The notes under the pieces: model-generated
Databases searched by the model: none
Told to the model about the DNA's origin: nothing
The model's input: the letters and a program-made list of their open reading frames with translations, nothing else
Position numbers and translations under genes: made by a program
Shown here: in pieces, positions 52,609 through 61,836 of the stretch
Layout of the letters: the number at the start of each line of letters is the position of its first letter
How positions within the stretch are numbered: the first letter of the stretch is position 1
DNA from: Candidatus Falkowbacteria bacterium
Lineage (GTDB): Bacteria; Patescibacteriota; Patescibacteriia; Patescibacteriales; WJLG01
NCBI GenBank assembly: GCA_963747695.1
Contig: CAVVFV010000010.1
Span: 197,618 to 261,617, forward strand
Direction of reading: 5' to 3'
Length of the DNA: 64,000 nt

Positions 52609-53904
52609 GTGAACGTATTAACTCTCTCCAAAACCGCCTTGCGCTCGATGATCTCGAATAAAGTTCGGACGGCATTGACCGTGCTCGGGATCGTCATCGG
52701 CGTCACCAGCATTATGATCGTCTTCTCGGCCGGCCAAGCCGTCCGCGGTTTATTATTTTCCCAAATCTCTTCTTTCGGCACCAATATCATCGAAACGGAA
52801 GTGAAAGTGCCGACCGATAAACTGAAATCCGGCACCAGCGCCGAGATCAGTTCCGGCATCAGCCTGGCGATGGGTACGCAGATCACCACTTTGACGCTCA
52901 CCGATATGGATAAGATCAACCAGTTGGACAATGTCAAAGACAGCTATGCCGCCATTCTCGGGCAGAAGCAGATCAACTTTATGGATCAGCGGAAAACCGT
53001 CACGGTTTTCGGCACCAATGCCAGCTTTATCAACATCGATCAAAGCAAAATTGCCGAGGGCCGTTTTTTCAGCGACAGCGAAGATCTGGCGCTGGACAAG
53101 GTCGTCGTGATCGGCGCCAAGGTCAAAACGGATCTCTTTGGCGATTCCGAGGCGGTCGGCCAGCAAGTGCAGCTCGGCAATTTGAAATATAATGTGATCG
53201 GAGTGATGAAAACGCGCGGCGCGGCCGGCGCGGGACTGGATTTTGACAGCTATGTTTATCTGCCGATCCGCACCCTGCAAAAAAGAGTGCTGGGAATAAA
53301 TTATGTCCTCTATATGGTTCACGAATTGAAGGACATCAACAAAGCCGATATCACTGCCGCGGAGATCACCGATCTCTTGCGCGAATCGCATCACATCACT
53401 CCCGACATCGATCCGGCCACCGGTCAGCCGACCACCAATCGCGATGATTTCCGCATCACCACGATGCAAGAAATGATAAAAACTTTGTCGACTGTCACCA
53501 ATGCCATGACTATTCTCCTCCTGGCCATCGTCGCCATTTCCTTGATCGTCGGCGGCGTCGGTATTATGAATATTATGTATGTGATCGTTTCCGAACGCAC
53601 CGCCGAAATCGGCTTGCGCAAAGCGGTCGGGGCGAGCTACGCCGACGTCATGGGACAATTTCTGACCGAGTCGGTACTGATCACCTTGGTCGCCTCGATC
53701 ATCGGCATCATTCTCGGCGTCGGTATTTCCTTCTTGATCGCGATCGGCGCCCAAAGCCAGGGAATCGATTGGCAATTCAGCCTGCCTTATTATTCTTTTA
53801 TCGTCGCGGTGGCTTTTTCCCTGATTTGCGGAATTGCCTTCGGTTTGCTTCCGGCGCGCAAAGCCGCCCGGATGGATCCGATCGAAGCCTTGCGCAATGA
53901 ATAG
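52609..53904 (+). CDS. ABC transporter permease, paralog of the preceding gene
   Basis: GTG start. Same architecture, with AEIGLRKAVGA in the FtsX domain. Confidence 0.85.
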   Translation: MNVLTLSKTALRSMISNKVRTALTVLGIVIGVTSIMIVFSAGQAVRGLLFSQISSFGTNIIETEVKVPTDKLKSGTSAEISSGISLAMGTQITTLTLTDMDKINQLDNVKDSYAAILGQKQINFMDQRKTVTVFGTNASFINIDQSKIAEGRFFSDSEDLALDKVVVIGAKVKTDLFGDSEAVGQQVQLGNLKYNVIGVMKTRGAAGAGLDFDSYVYLPIRTLQKRVLGINYVLYMVHELKDINKADITAAEITDLLRESHHITPDIDPATGQPTTNRDDFRITTMQEMIKTLSTVTNAMTILLLAIVAISLIVGGVGIMNIMYVIVSERTAEIGLRKAVGASYADVMGQFLTESVLITLVASIIGIILGVGISFLIAIGAQSQGIDWQFSLPYYSFIVAVAFSLICGIAFGLLPARKAARMDPIEALRNE

Positions 53905-54161
53905 CCGGACAATAGTTCTTTTCTGCTAACGGAAAAATAATCGCTAAAGCCAGCCTTAAAATGCGGACTTTTTCTTTTTCCTTTACTATTCTCCAGCCCT
54001 GCTATCCCATGCTCCCGAAAATCGGCCAGCCAGTACTTCAGCGCCCTCTCGCTGAACGGACAGACCGCCGCCATCAGCTTAATTGTCATTTCACCGTTCA
54101 GGATTGGCTTGATCCAGCGATATTTCTCTTCTTTGGTTGATTTGGGCATAGTTTTTGACAT
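53790..54161 (-). pseudogene. remnant of a transposase/integrase N-terminal HTH domain
   Basis: EEKYRWIKPILNGEMTIKLMAAVCPFSERALKYWLADFREHGIAGLENSKGKRKSPH resembles the HTH leader of IS481/IS3-type transposases. No catalytic domain follows, and the ORF tail merely overlaps the permease 3' end. Confidence 0.45.
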
Positions 54162-54215
54162 ATGCCCCCAGATTAGCAGAAAGTGCAATATGTGTGTGCA
54201 CATTACCTTCTGCTA

Positions 54216-54244
54216 TTGACTTTTTACCCAAAATGTTATATACT
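54216..54244 (+). promoter_or_regulatory. promoter P1 of the accessory islet
   Basis: TTGACT-17 nt-TATACT. The upstream context GCTATTGACTTTT is shared with P2. Confidence 0.55.
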
Positions 54245-54302
54245 ACAAAAAGACCTTTTTATTTAAATAATTCAACAATAAACCTTGTCTTGGAGGCAAA
54301 CG

Positions 54303-54647
54303 ATGGGTAATTTTGATCATTATTTCCAAAATCGGACACCAACTCAACTTCGATTCCTGACTGCCGTAAACGAAAGCGGAACGGCAATCGATACCCCGGA
54401 AGCCAAGAAACACGCCGAATTGCAAGAGAAGATCGCCGTCGCCATGTTGCAATCGGGTAACAGTCAGCTGTTAGAAGTCATGGGCGCTGCGGCTATCATT
54501 GCTCAGCAATGCAATACCGATCTAGCGACAATTCTGCTGGACTGCCAAAGCCCTTATGAGATCGTCCGATACTACCATCAAGGCGGAAATACTGGCGCCA
54601 TCAATGCCATCAGGGACAGAGAAACCAGATTGGCCTGCTCGCTTTAA
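54303..54647 (+). CDS. hypothetical protein (islet gene 1)
   Basis: SD GGAGGCAAACG before the ATG; 114 aa. Confidence 0.5.
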   Translation: MGNFDHYFQNRTPTQLRFLTAVNESGTAIDTPEAKKHAELQEKIAVAMLQSGNSQLLEVMGAAAIIAQQCNTDLATILLDCQSPYEIVRYYHQGGNTGAINAIRDRETRLACSL

Positions 54648-54687
54648 ATCGATCAACAACCCATTCACCAATATTCTAGGAGGCGTC

Positions 54688-55017
54688 ATGTACTTCATTC
54701 CCGAGAACAGAAGCATCGGTCAAATCCTCCAAGCAGTAGCCAACTGCGGTTACGACTTGGTTGTTGAATTGACCAGCCTCAGAAAAGAGGCACTCCTGCC
54801 AGGCTTTCAGATCGAAGAGGGGGCCGTAATCGGACGGTCGTCGAAATTAAATCCAATAACGATTCCGACCGATATGATCCGCGACATCCTGCGCATCAAT
54901 GGCGAGAATGTTCAAAGGAAAAATTCGCCATTCCCCGAAAGACGCGCTCCAATCTATCCCGGCGACGATCAGGTCTTCCTGGACTCGCCCAGACTTGCTC
55001 TTTCAATTCAAGCATAG
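54688..55017 (+). CDS. hypothetical protein (islet gene 2)
   Basis: SD AGGAGGCGTC before the ATG; 109 aa. Confidence 0.5.
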   Translation: MYFIPENRSIGQILQAVANCGYDLVVELTSLRKEALLPGFQIEEGAVIGRSSKLNPITIPTDMIRDILRINGENVQRKNSPFPERRAPIYPGDDQVFLDSPRLALSIQA

Positions 55018-55045
55018 CTGCGGACTAATCTTCGTCGACATTGCT

Positions 55046-55078
55046 AAAGGCCAGCCACGAAATGTGCTGGCCTTTTCA
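55046..55078 (+). terminator. terminator after islet genes 1-2
   Basis: GGCCAGC-n10-GCTGGCC followed by TTTT. Confidence 0.65.
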
Positions 55079-55090
55079 TTTTTCCGGCTA

Positions 55091-55119
55091 TTGACTTTTA
55101 CCTTTAAATATACTATACT
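55091..55119 (+). promoter_or_regulatory. promoter P2 of the accessory islet
   Basis: TTGACT-17 nt-TATACT, with the same hexamers and spacing as P1. Confidence 0.55.
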
Positions 55120-55191
55120 ATATACTCACCGTCCTTTTATATCCTATATTATCAAGAAAAACATCCGATAAATACGGAAAGCGAGTTAATT

Positions 55192-55473
55192 ATGCCTAAA
55201 ACTGATATTCCCCAGAACCCGATGACCCCGGCAGAAATATTTCAGGCGGCAAAAGACGCCTATGCGCAAGAAGCCGGCTTGAAAGTTTTGATTTTCAAAC
55301 GCCTCCCCCGACAGACGACCGCGCCTTGCCGAAAAATCGAACGGCAGATAATCTACCGGATCACCTTCTATGATGAGACGATCGTCCAGGGTGAAAACTC
55401 AAGACAGGAAGCAATCGGATATGCCATTGAAGAAATCCACTCGGCTTTTCCAATCATCATTGAAAAAAAATAA
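55192..55473 (+). CDS. hypothetical protein (islet gene 3)
   Basis: 93-aa ORF downstream of P2. Confidence 0.45.
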   Translation: MPKTDIPQNPMTPAEIFQAAKDAYAQEAGLKVLIFKRLPRQTTAPCRKIERQIIYRITFYDETIVQGENSRQEAIGYAIEEIHSAFPIIIEKK

Positions 55474-55529
55474 TCGGCAATTATTTACATCTCTACTGCC
55501 AATTTTCCTCAACCGATCAAGGAGATACT

Positions 55530-55874
55530 ATGGGAACTTATTGCGTTTGTGAAAGCAACACCCTTTGCCTCTCGTGCGGAGAGAGCAGAGATAAATGTGT
55601 GGGTAACCGCCGGAGGTCGACGATTGCCGATCTCAAGGCATACAGCACGTCTAGTGCCGAGGAAGGCCAGTTTAGCAAGTCTGATGCCGCTGGCGGAATG
55701 CGGAAAGAAAAACCCTGCGACATCATTTTCGCCACCGGCGAAAAAATGAAAAGAGGAATGTATCCTTACCGCAATCTTAATTTGGTATTTAACAGCTTTC
55801 GCATCAAACTCGGGCGGCCGAGCGATTTCATCGGCACCGAGCACAAAGTCGGATATTTGGTGGTAAAAGACTAA
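55530..55874 (+). CDS. hypothetical Cys-rich N-terminus protein (islet gene 4)
   Basis: SD AAGGAGATACT before the ATG. The N-terminus CVCESNTLCLSCGESRDKC suggests a small zinc-binding knuckle. Confidence 0.45.
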   Translation: MGTYCVCESNTLCLSCGESRDKCVGNRRRSTIADLKAYSTSSAEEGQFSKSDAAGGMRKEKPCDIIFATGEKMKRGMYPYRNLNLVFNSFRIKLGRPSDFIGTEHKVGYLVVKD

Positions 55875-55894
55875 CCGGAACGGGATCGACCATC

Positions 55895-55926
55895 AAAAAA
55901 AGGGAAGCCAGCGCTTCCCTTTTTCA
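55895..55926. terminator. bidirectional terminator (islet versus rarA)
   Basis: AAAAAAAGGGAAGC-cagc-GCTTCCCTTTTTC. Confidence 0.75.
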
Positions 55927-55946
55927 TTTTATAACAATCAATGAGC

Positions 55947-57161
55947 TTAAGTGTGTTTTAAATATTTCCTGCCCTTTAATTCATCGGGGAAATATTGCTG
56001 CCCGGTCGAATCTTCGAACGGCGTATATTTATAACCTTTGCCATAATCCAGATCCTTCATCAGCTTGGTCGGCGCGTTGCGAATCACTAACGGCACTTGC
56101 AAATTGCCCAATTCGACAGCGTCGCGTTCGGCCTGCCCGTAAGCCAGATAAGCATCGATGCTTTTCGGCGACTTGGCCAGATAGATCACCAATTGCGCCA
56201 AATGGACTTTGCATTCAGGCAAACCCAGATTCTTGCAGGCGTCCCAGACGCTCGTCGCCAACATCAGAGCGCTATTGTTGGCGAGTCCCACATCTTCCGA
56301 AGCGAACCTGACCAGGCGCCGGACAATATACATCGGATCTTCACCGGCCACCAGCATCCTCGCGAGCCAATATAAAGCCGCATCGGCATCACCGCCTCTT
56401 AAAGATTTATGCAAAGCGGAAATAATATTATAATGTTCTTCGCCGGTCTTGTCATAAAGCAGATTAGGATTGGCGATCACTTCCTTTACCAATACATCGG
56501 TGATTTTTTTATTCTGTTTCGAGCATGCTTCCAAGATATTCAAACCGGTCCGGGCGTCGCCGTTGGATAAATGGGCGATCAGCGCCAGCGTGTCTTCGGA
56601 AATTTTTACTTTCAATTCTTCAGCGCCGTGTTTGATTATTTTTTTCAATTCTTCTTCGGTCAGTCTTTCCAAAACGACAACTTTGGTGCGCGACAGCAAA
56701 GCAGAGTTGACGGCAAAGCTGGGATTTTCCGTGGTGGCGCCGATTAAAATCAAAGTCCCGCGTTCAACATGCGGCAGCAGCGCATCCTGTTGCGCTTTGT
56801 TCCAGCGATGAATTTCGTCGATGAATAAAATCGTCTTCTGCCCCAGGCGCTTATTTTCTTCGGCCCGCTTGATCACCTCTTTAAGTTCGCTCTTGCCCGA
56901 CTCAACGGCGGAGAATTCAATAAAATCCGCCTTGGTCAGGTTGGCGATGATCGCGGCCAAAGTCGTTTTGCCCGAACCGGGCGGACCCCAAAGGATGAGC
57001 GACGGCACCTCATCGGCCTCGATCGCTTTATACAAAAAACTTCCGGGCTTGATGATCTTCTCCTGCCCGACAAAACCGGCCAGATCTTTGGGACGTAATC
57101 GGGCCGCCAGCGGCATCCCGGCGTAAATTGGCTGATTGGCTTTCTTTATCATATTTACCAA
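55947..57161 (-). CDS. rarA: replication-associated recombination protein A (MgsA/RarA AAA+ ATPase)
   Basis: Walker A GPPGSGKTTLA, FIDEIHRWNK, and an MgsA C-terminal helical domain. Confidence 0.9.
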   Translation of the reverse strand: MVNMIKKANQPIYAGMPLAARLRPKDLAGFVGQEKIIKPGSFLYKAIEADEVPSLILWGPPGSGKTTLAAIIANLTKADFIEFSAVESGKSELKEVIKRAEENKRLGQKTILFIDEIHRWNKAQQDALLPHVERGTLILIGATTENPSFAVNSALLSRTKVVVLERLTEEELKKIIKHGAEELKVKISEDTLALIAHLSNGDARTGLNILEACSKQNKKITDVLVKEVIANPNLLYDKTGEEHYNIISALHKSLRGGDADAALYWLARMLVAGEDPMYIVRRLVRFASEDVGLANNSALMLATSVWDACKNLGLPECKVHLAQLVIYLAKSPKSIDAYLAYGQAERDAVELGNLQVPLVIRNAPTKLMKDLDYGKGYKYTPFEDSTGQQYFPDELKGRKYLKHT

Positions 57162-57316
57162 ATTTTAACACCCAGATTGACGTTTAGCAATGAGGAAATT
57201 GCTTGACAAATAAATATTTATAATTTAATCTAATCTATTGTCCTTTGATAAAAAAGTAAAAACCGCTTAAGAATTTAGGCGTGTTTTCTATAAACCTTTA
57301 ACTGAGGGGGTGTCTA

Positions 57317-58603
57317 ATGGCACGACGGAGGAAATTGTCGGTAGGATTGTGGACGGTGGGATACAAAGGAGTTGATCCTTTTGGCGGGCCGATACTTGAT
57401 AAAAGTACGGTCATCGAAAATCTGAATATCCTCATCGAGGGTAAAAAGGCCGGGTGGATTGATTATTTCTCGCCGCACGATGACGATCTCGTCACCTGGG
57501 ATCCCTATCATCCCGACGACTATCTCGACGAAAAAAGCTCGGTTCGCAAGGAATTGGCGGAAATCAAAGCCATCCTTGCCAAGGGCAAGCTGCCGGTAAA
57601 CATGATGACCTGCTCGCTGCACGGTCATCCTATTTTTGCCAACGGCGGCTTCACCAATCCCAATCCGGTTATCCGGATGCTGGCTTCGAAAAAAGCCATG
57701 CGGGCGGCCTGGATCGGCAATTATCTCGGCGCAACCCAGGTTACTTACTGGGTGGCGAGAGACGGTTTTGAATCGCCAGTCATGGTAGGGGTCGGTATCG
57801 ACAATCCTTACCACTGGCTCAAACAGGCGCTGGATACCATTTCCTTTGTCTGCAAACAGAACAACTATTCCATCAAACGCGGCACGATCGAGCCCAAGGC
57901 CAACGAACCGCGCGGCTTTTCTTATCTGCCGCTGGTCGGTTCAGCGCTGGCTTTTATCAACAACCTGTACAATCCGGTTTTCTGGGGAGTCAATCCGGAA
58001 ATTCCGCAGCACTCGGCCATGGTCTGCGCCAGTCCCTTTCTGGAAATCCAGCAAGCGGTTTGGGCGGAAAAATTGTTCTTCCTCCATGTCGGCGGACAGA
58101 TCTCGGGACAGTTCGACAATGATTTCCCACTGCTCTTCAGCCCGGACAATTGCAAGGTGATGATCCATATCTTCCGCTTCCTTGAGGAAAGCGGCTGGGA
58201 TGGAATCGTGGAATTCGATTGCCATGCTCCGCGTTCCGATCTGGCGGCTGGAAAAGAAAATTATCGCCAAACCATGCTGCAATTCCTGGCCTACAACGCC
58301 AAGATGTATCGGATGATCGAGCAAATCCTGGTGCCCAGGATTATGGCCAATGTAAAACTGGGCGACGCCGTCTTGAAACTGGGCCAGCCGGAATGTCTGG
58401 GGAGAGGGTTGCTCGAGCAGTATGAAGGCATTCTTTCTTCCGCTCCCAGCGCGGAAAAAACGAAAAAAATACTCGACCAGTTGCTTCCCGTGAAAGAAAT
58501 TCTTACGACCCGGCAGAATGTATTGGCCGCGGAAGAACAATTCAACCTTTCTCTTTACGGAGTCACCGAAGAAATGATCGACAAGGTCATGTCGAACAAA
58601 TAG
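57317..58603 (+). CDS. divergent xylose isomerase (XylA) family sugar isomerase
   Basis: Blocks collinear with XylA: PHDDD (FHDxD), YWVARDGFES (WGGREG), IEPKANEP (EPKPxEP), NPEIPQHSAM (NxExNHA), FDNDFP (DTDQFP) and FDCH (FDAK). Confidence 0.6.
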   Translation: MARRRKLSVGLWTVGYKGVDPFGGPILDKSTVIENLNILIEGKKAGWIDYFSPHDDDLVTWDPYHPDDYLDEKSSVRKELAEIKAILAKGKLPVNMMTCSLHGHPIFANGGFTNPNPVIRMLASKKAMRAAWIGNYLGATQVTYWVARDGFESPVMVGVGIDNPYHWLKQALDTISFVCKQNNYSIKRGTIEPKANEPRGFSYLPLVGSALAFINNLYNPVFWGVNPEIPQHSAMVCASPFLEIQQAVWAEKLFFLHVGGQISGQFDNDFPLLFSPDNCKVMIHIFRFLEESGWDGIVEFDCHAPRSDLAAGKENYRQTMLQFLAYNAKMYRMIEQILVPRIMANVKLGDAVLKLGQPECLGRGLLEQYEGILSSAPSAEKTKKILDQLLPVKEILTTRQNVLAAEEQFNLSLYGVTEEMIDKVMSNK

Positions 58604-58732
58604 ATTCCGAGAAAGAAGCAAAACGACAAAGCCTGAAGGGAATTTTCTTCAGGCTTTTTTATTTTTTGCCGCATCAATCGTGAAAAGTACCGTATTGAAT
58701 ATTATGTATTTACCGTGGTAACATTAATCATT

Positions 58733-59635
58733 ATGCAAATTACCGGCTGTTCCATCGTGGTTTCCACCTATAATCGCCTGCCTTATTTGAAAAACTGTCT
58801 GGCTTCTCTGCTTGATCTGGATTTTTATAATTATGAAATCATCGTCATCGACGACGGATCGACTGACGGAACAGGAGAATATCTCGACGGTCTGAAGGAA
58901 GAGCGGATCAAGGTTTTCCATAACGAACGCAATCTCGGCTTAAGCCTTGGCCGCGATAAGGGTATCGAACTTTCCCGCTACGACATAATCGCCTTTACCG
59001 ATGATGATTGCCAAGCTGACCGCTTCTGGCTCTCCCGCCTGACTGAACGATTTGCCGACGACCGCGTCGGCTTAGCAATCGGCCAGGTTTTTTATCGCGC
59101 CCAAAATTATCGCGGATATTTTCCCGAGCGTCTGGTCAGCAATCCGCAGGCTAAATGGCCGATGGGCTGCAATATCGCGTACCGGAAAAAAGTTTTCTCG
59201 CAGGTCGGAAATTTCGACCCGGCTTATTTTTTCTATAATAACGAGGATTCGGAAATGGCGATTCGTGCCATAAGCGGCGGCTGGTCTTTTTACCGCGTGC
59301 CCGAGGCCATAATTTATCATCAGCCGATCGATTGGACGATCGCATCGCTTTTAAGATCAGCTCGCAATGCCTCGGTCTGGCCGCTTTTGAAAAAAAAATA
59401 TCCGCGGCATTATCTGGTTTTTGGTCCGCCGATAAAATTCGGTTTCCTGGTGAACGGCCGGGATTATCTTTATCTCTTGCTTTCACCCGTCCTCGTCCCG
59501 GTCTTGTTAATCCGCTATCTCGCCCACGGCAAAAAAGATTTAAAAATATTTTTCGCCAAATGGCCGGTCTACCTTTTCCGGCGGAGATATTATCTTTATC
59601 GCGAGGCGATCCGGAATAGAATCTGGATGCTCTGA
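58733..59635 (+). CDS. family 2 glycosyltransferase
   Basis: CSIVVSTYNRLPYL and IIVIDDGSTDGT, with DDD in FTDDDCQAD. Confidence 0.8.
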   Translation: MQITGCSIVVSTYNRLPYLKNCLASLLDLDFYNYEIIVIDDGSTDGTGEYLDGLKEERIKVFHNERNLGLSLGRDKGIELSRYDIIAFTDDDCQADRFWLSRLTERFADDRVGLAIGQVFYRAQNYRGYFPERLVSNPQAKWPMGCNIAYRKKVFSQVGNFDPAYFFYNNEDSEMAIRAISGGWSFYRVPEAIIYHQPIDWTIASLLRSARNASVWPLLKKKYPRHYLVFGPPIKFGFLVNGRDYLYLLLSPVLVPVLLIRYLAHGKKDLKIFFAKWPVYLFRRRYYLYREAIRNRIWML

Positions 59636-59644
59636 AAATATTTT

Positions 59645-59672
59645 AAAAAACGGCCCGCGGGGCCGTTTTTTT
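59645..59672. terminator. bidirectional terminator
   Basis: AAAAAACGGCCC-gc-GGGGCCGTTTTTTT. Confidence 0.75.
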
Positions 59673-59917
59673 CATTTTAATTTTCCCGCGTGATAACTGA
59701 ATACCCGCCAAAGCAAATCCAGGACATAGCCGGCGATAAAGCCGCCGATCATATCCAAAGCCGCCAAGGAATTTATGGAGATCCCCAACAGCGGCGGCAG
59801 CCACCAAAAAAAATTCCATCCTTTTAAAAATAAAAGCAATCCAACCAGCGCGCCCAGATAACTTCCTCCCATCTTAAACGGATTAATAGTATCGTTATCC
59901 ATAAATTTAATTACCAT
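59672..59917 (-). CDS. small membrane protein
   Basis: Two or three hydrophobic helices; 81 aa. Confidence 0.4.
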   Translation of the reverse strand: MVIKFMDNDTINPFKMGGSYLGALVGLLLFLKGWNFFWWLPPLLGISINSLAALDMIGGFIAGYVLDLLWRVFSYHAGKLK

Positions 59918-59956
59918 TAATATTACGTCACATCAAAAAATTAATTAATTACCTTG

Positions 59957-60138
59957 CAGCGCGCATTGGAAAATTTTGGATAAGACGCGCAGCGTAGAAA
60001 CCGTGCAAAATTGCGTTGTCCGAAGCCAGCGCCTCGCTGGCAAGTATAGCAATTTTGCTAGGTTTCATAACGGAGCGTCCCAAAATTTTCCAGCGCGCAG
60101 TTTTTTGTGCCACTTTTTTCTAAAAAAAGTGGCAAAGA
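59957..60138 (+). repeat. copy 4 (shortest, core version) of the 4-copy structured repeat family
   Basis: All conserved blocks are present without the extra modules. Confidence 0.9.
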
Positions 60139-60149
60139 TATTGATAATA

Positions 60150-61514
60150 CTATATCATTTTCCGCTTCTTTAAAATATAACTTTCCGGGAACCATTCGCC
60201 GCGCAATTCACCGGCCAGGAAAAAGGAACCGGTGGCGAGGATCAGGTCATCAGGCTGCGCGGCTCGGCGGGCGGCGGAGAGCGCTTCGCGCGGGTCGATA
60301 AAAACCCTGATTTTTTTCTGGGTTAGTTTTGCCGATATTTGGCTCATTTTACCTAAGAATTGAGTTTTGCGCCGCTCCTGCAAAAAACGGGTCAGATAAA
60401 TCATATCCGCCACCGGGATGATCTCGCGCAAAATTCCTTCGGCATCTTTATTCTTCGCCAAGCCGATGATCAAGTGCAGCTTTCTATAATTGAACTGGCG
60501 GACAAATTCAGCCGTCGTTTTCATCTTGTCGACATTGTGCGCGCCGTCCAAAATTATTTTCGGCTCCGCAGAAACTTCTTCCAGCCGGCAAGGAACAAAA
60601 ACTTTGGCAATGCCTTTCTGGAAAGCGGCATGATTATCGCCGACAATTTTTTTCACCGCCTCAAAAGCCAGCACCGCATTGCCAGCTTGATGGACGCCGA
60701 TTAATTTAGTTTTGAATTTTTCTCCCTCATATAAAAATTCCACGCCTGAGAGATCATTTTTCAAGATCTGGTAATCGCCGTTGATCCGCCGGAAGGGAAC
60801 ATGCTTGGCGCGGCAAATATTCTGAAAAATCCGGTAGATCGTCGGATCTTGTTCGGCTGTAAAAAATTTACTGCCCGCTTTGATGATGCCGGCTTTATCC
60901 CGGGCGATCGCCTCTTTGGTCTTACCGAGAACGTCGGTATGGTCCAGGCCGACATTAGTGATGATCGAAACAAGGGATTTTTTGATCACATTGGTCGCAT
61001 CATACATTCCGCCGATTCCGGCTTCCAGCACGACGTAATCGCATTGCTGTTTCTTGAAATACAAAATGGCCGCGGCGAGCATCGTCTCGAAAAAAGACGG
61101 ACAGCCGTAGGGGCTTTTTTCAGCGCAGAGCGATAACTTCGGTTTGAGCTTTTCGACGATCGCCGCCAATTCGGCGGGAGCGATCAGCCGGTCATTCAAA
61201 TGGATCCGTTCGGTCAGCGAGACCGTGTGCGGAGAGACAAAAGTGCCGACGCGGAAACCGGCGGCCTGCAAAATTCCCGAAACGAAAAATGTCGTCGAGG
61301 TTTTCCCGGAAGTTCCGGTGAGCTGGATGAATTTCAGACCGCGATCCGGATCGCCGAGCAGCTTGAGCAAGAACCTTAACCGCAAAATAAAAAATTTCCT
61401 CCTGGCTTGGCGCCGATTATTTTCCCGCCCGGTCCGGAAAAAGGGAATGGGGTCGGGAATATTTATCAACGAGTCTAAAAATTTCTTGGCCGCGGCGAAT
61501 TCGTTATTTTTCAT
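60150..61514 (-). CDS. folC: folylpolyglutamate synthase/dihydrofolate synthase (Mur ligase family)
   Basis: P-loop TGTSGKTST. The Mur ligase middle and C-terminal domains align by eye. Confidence 0.8.
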   Translation of the reverse strand: MKNNEFAAAKKFLDSLINIPDPIPFFRTGRENNRRQARRKFFILRLRFLLKLLGDPDRGLKFIQLTGTSGKTSTTFFVSGILQAAGFRVGTFVSPHTVSLTERIHLNDRLIAPAELAAIVEKLKPKLSLCAEKSPYGCPSFFETMLAAAILYFKKQQCDYVVLEAGIGGMYDATNVIKKSLVSIITNVGLDHTDVLGKTKEAIARDKAGIIKAGSKFFTAEQDPTIYRIFQNICRAKHVPFRRINGDYQILKNDLSGVEFLYEGEKFKTKLIGVHQAGNAVLAFEAVKKIVGDNHAAFQKGIAKVFVPCRLEEVSAEPKIILDGAHNVDKMKTTAEFVRQFNYRKLHLIIGLAKNKDAEGILREIIPVADMIYLTRFLQERRKTQFLGKMSQISAKLTQKKIRVFIDPREALSAARRAAQPDDLILATGSFFLAGELRGEWFPESYILKKRKMI

Positions 61515-61836
61515 TGCTCGACAAATTTAAAATTAGTAAAAAAGGCTTTTCCAGAAATTATCCATAACCACTAGTTTAAGGCAAAAAAATAATTTTGTGA
61601 AGTTGGAAAATCTTTTTTTCCAAGCGAGGAAAAAATGGGGCGCTTTCACCGAGCCGCGTCAGCCCGAAACGGCCGTCCGACACGATAAACCTCTTAATTT
61701 TAAGGCTAACAATAAGTATTTTTTAATTTTTTGGCTATGCACTTTTTTTCCACACTCGAAAAACTTTAATATCATCGGATTTTGTGTTATAATTTATGTT
61801 GTAATTAATCTCGTTATTATGATTAAATAAAATCTT

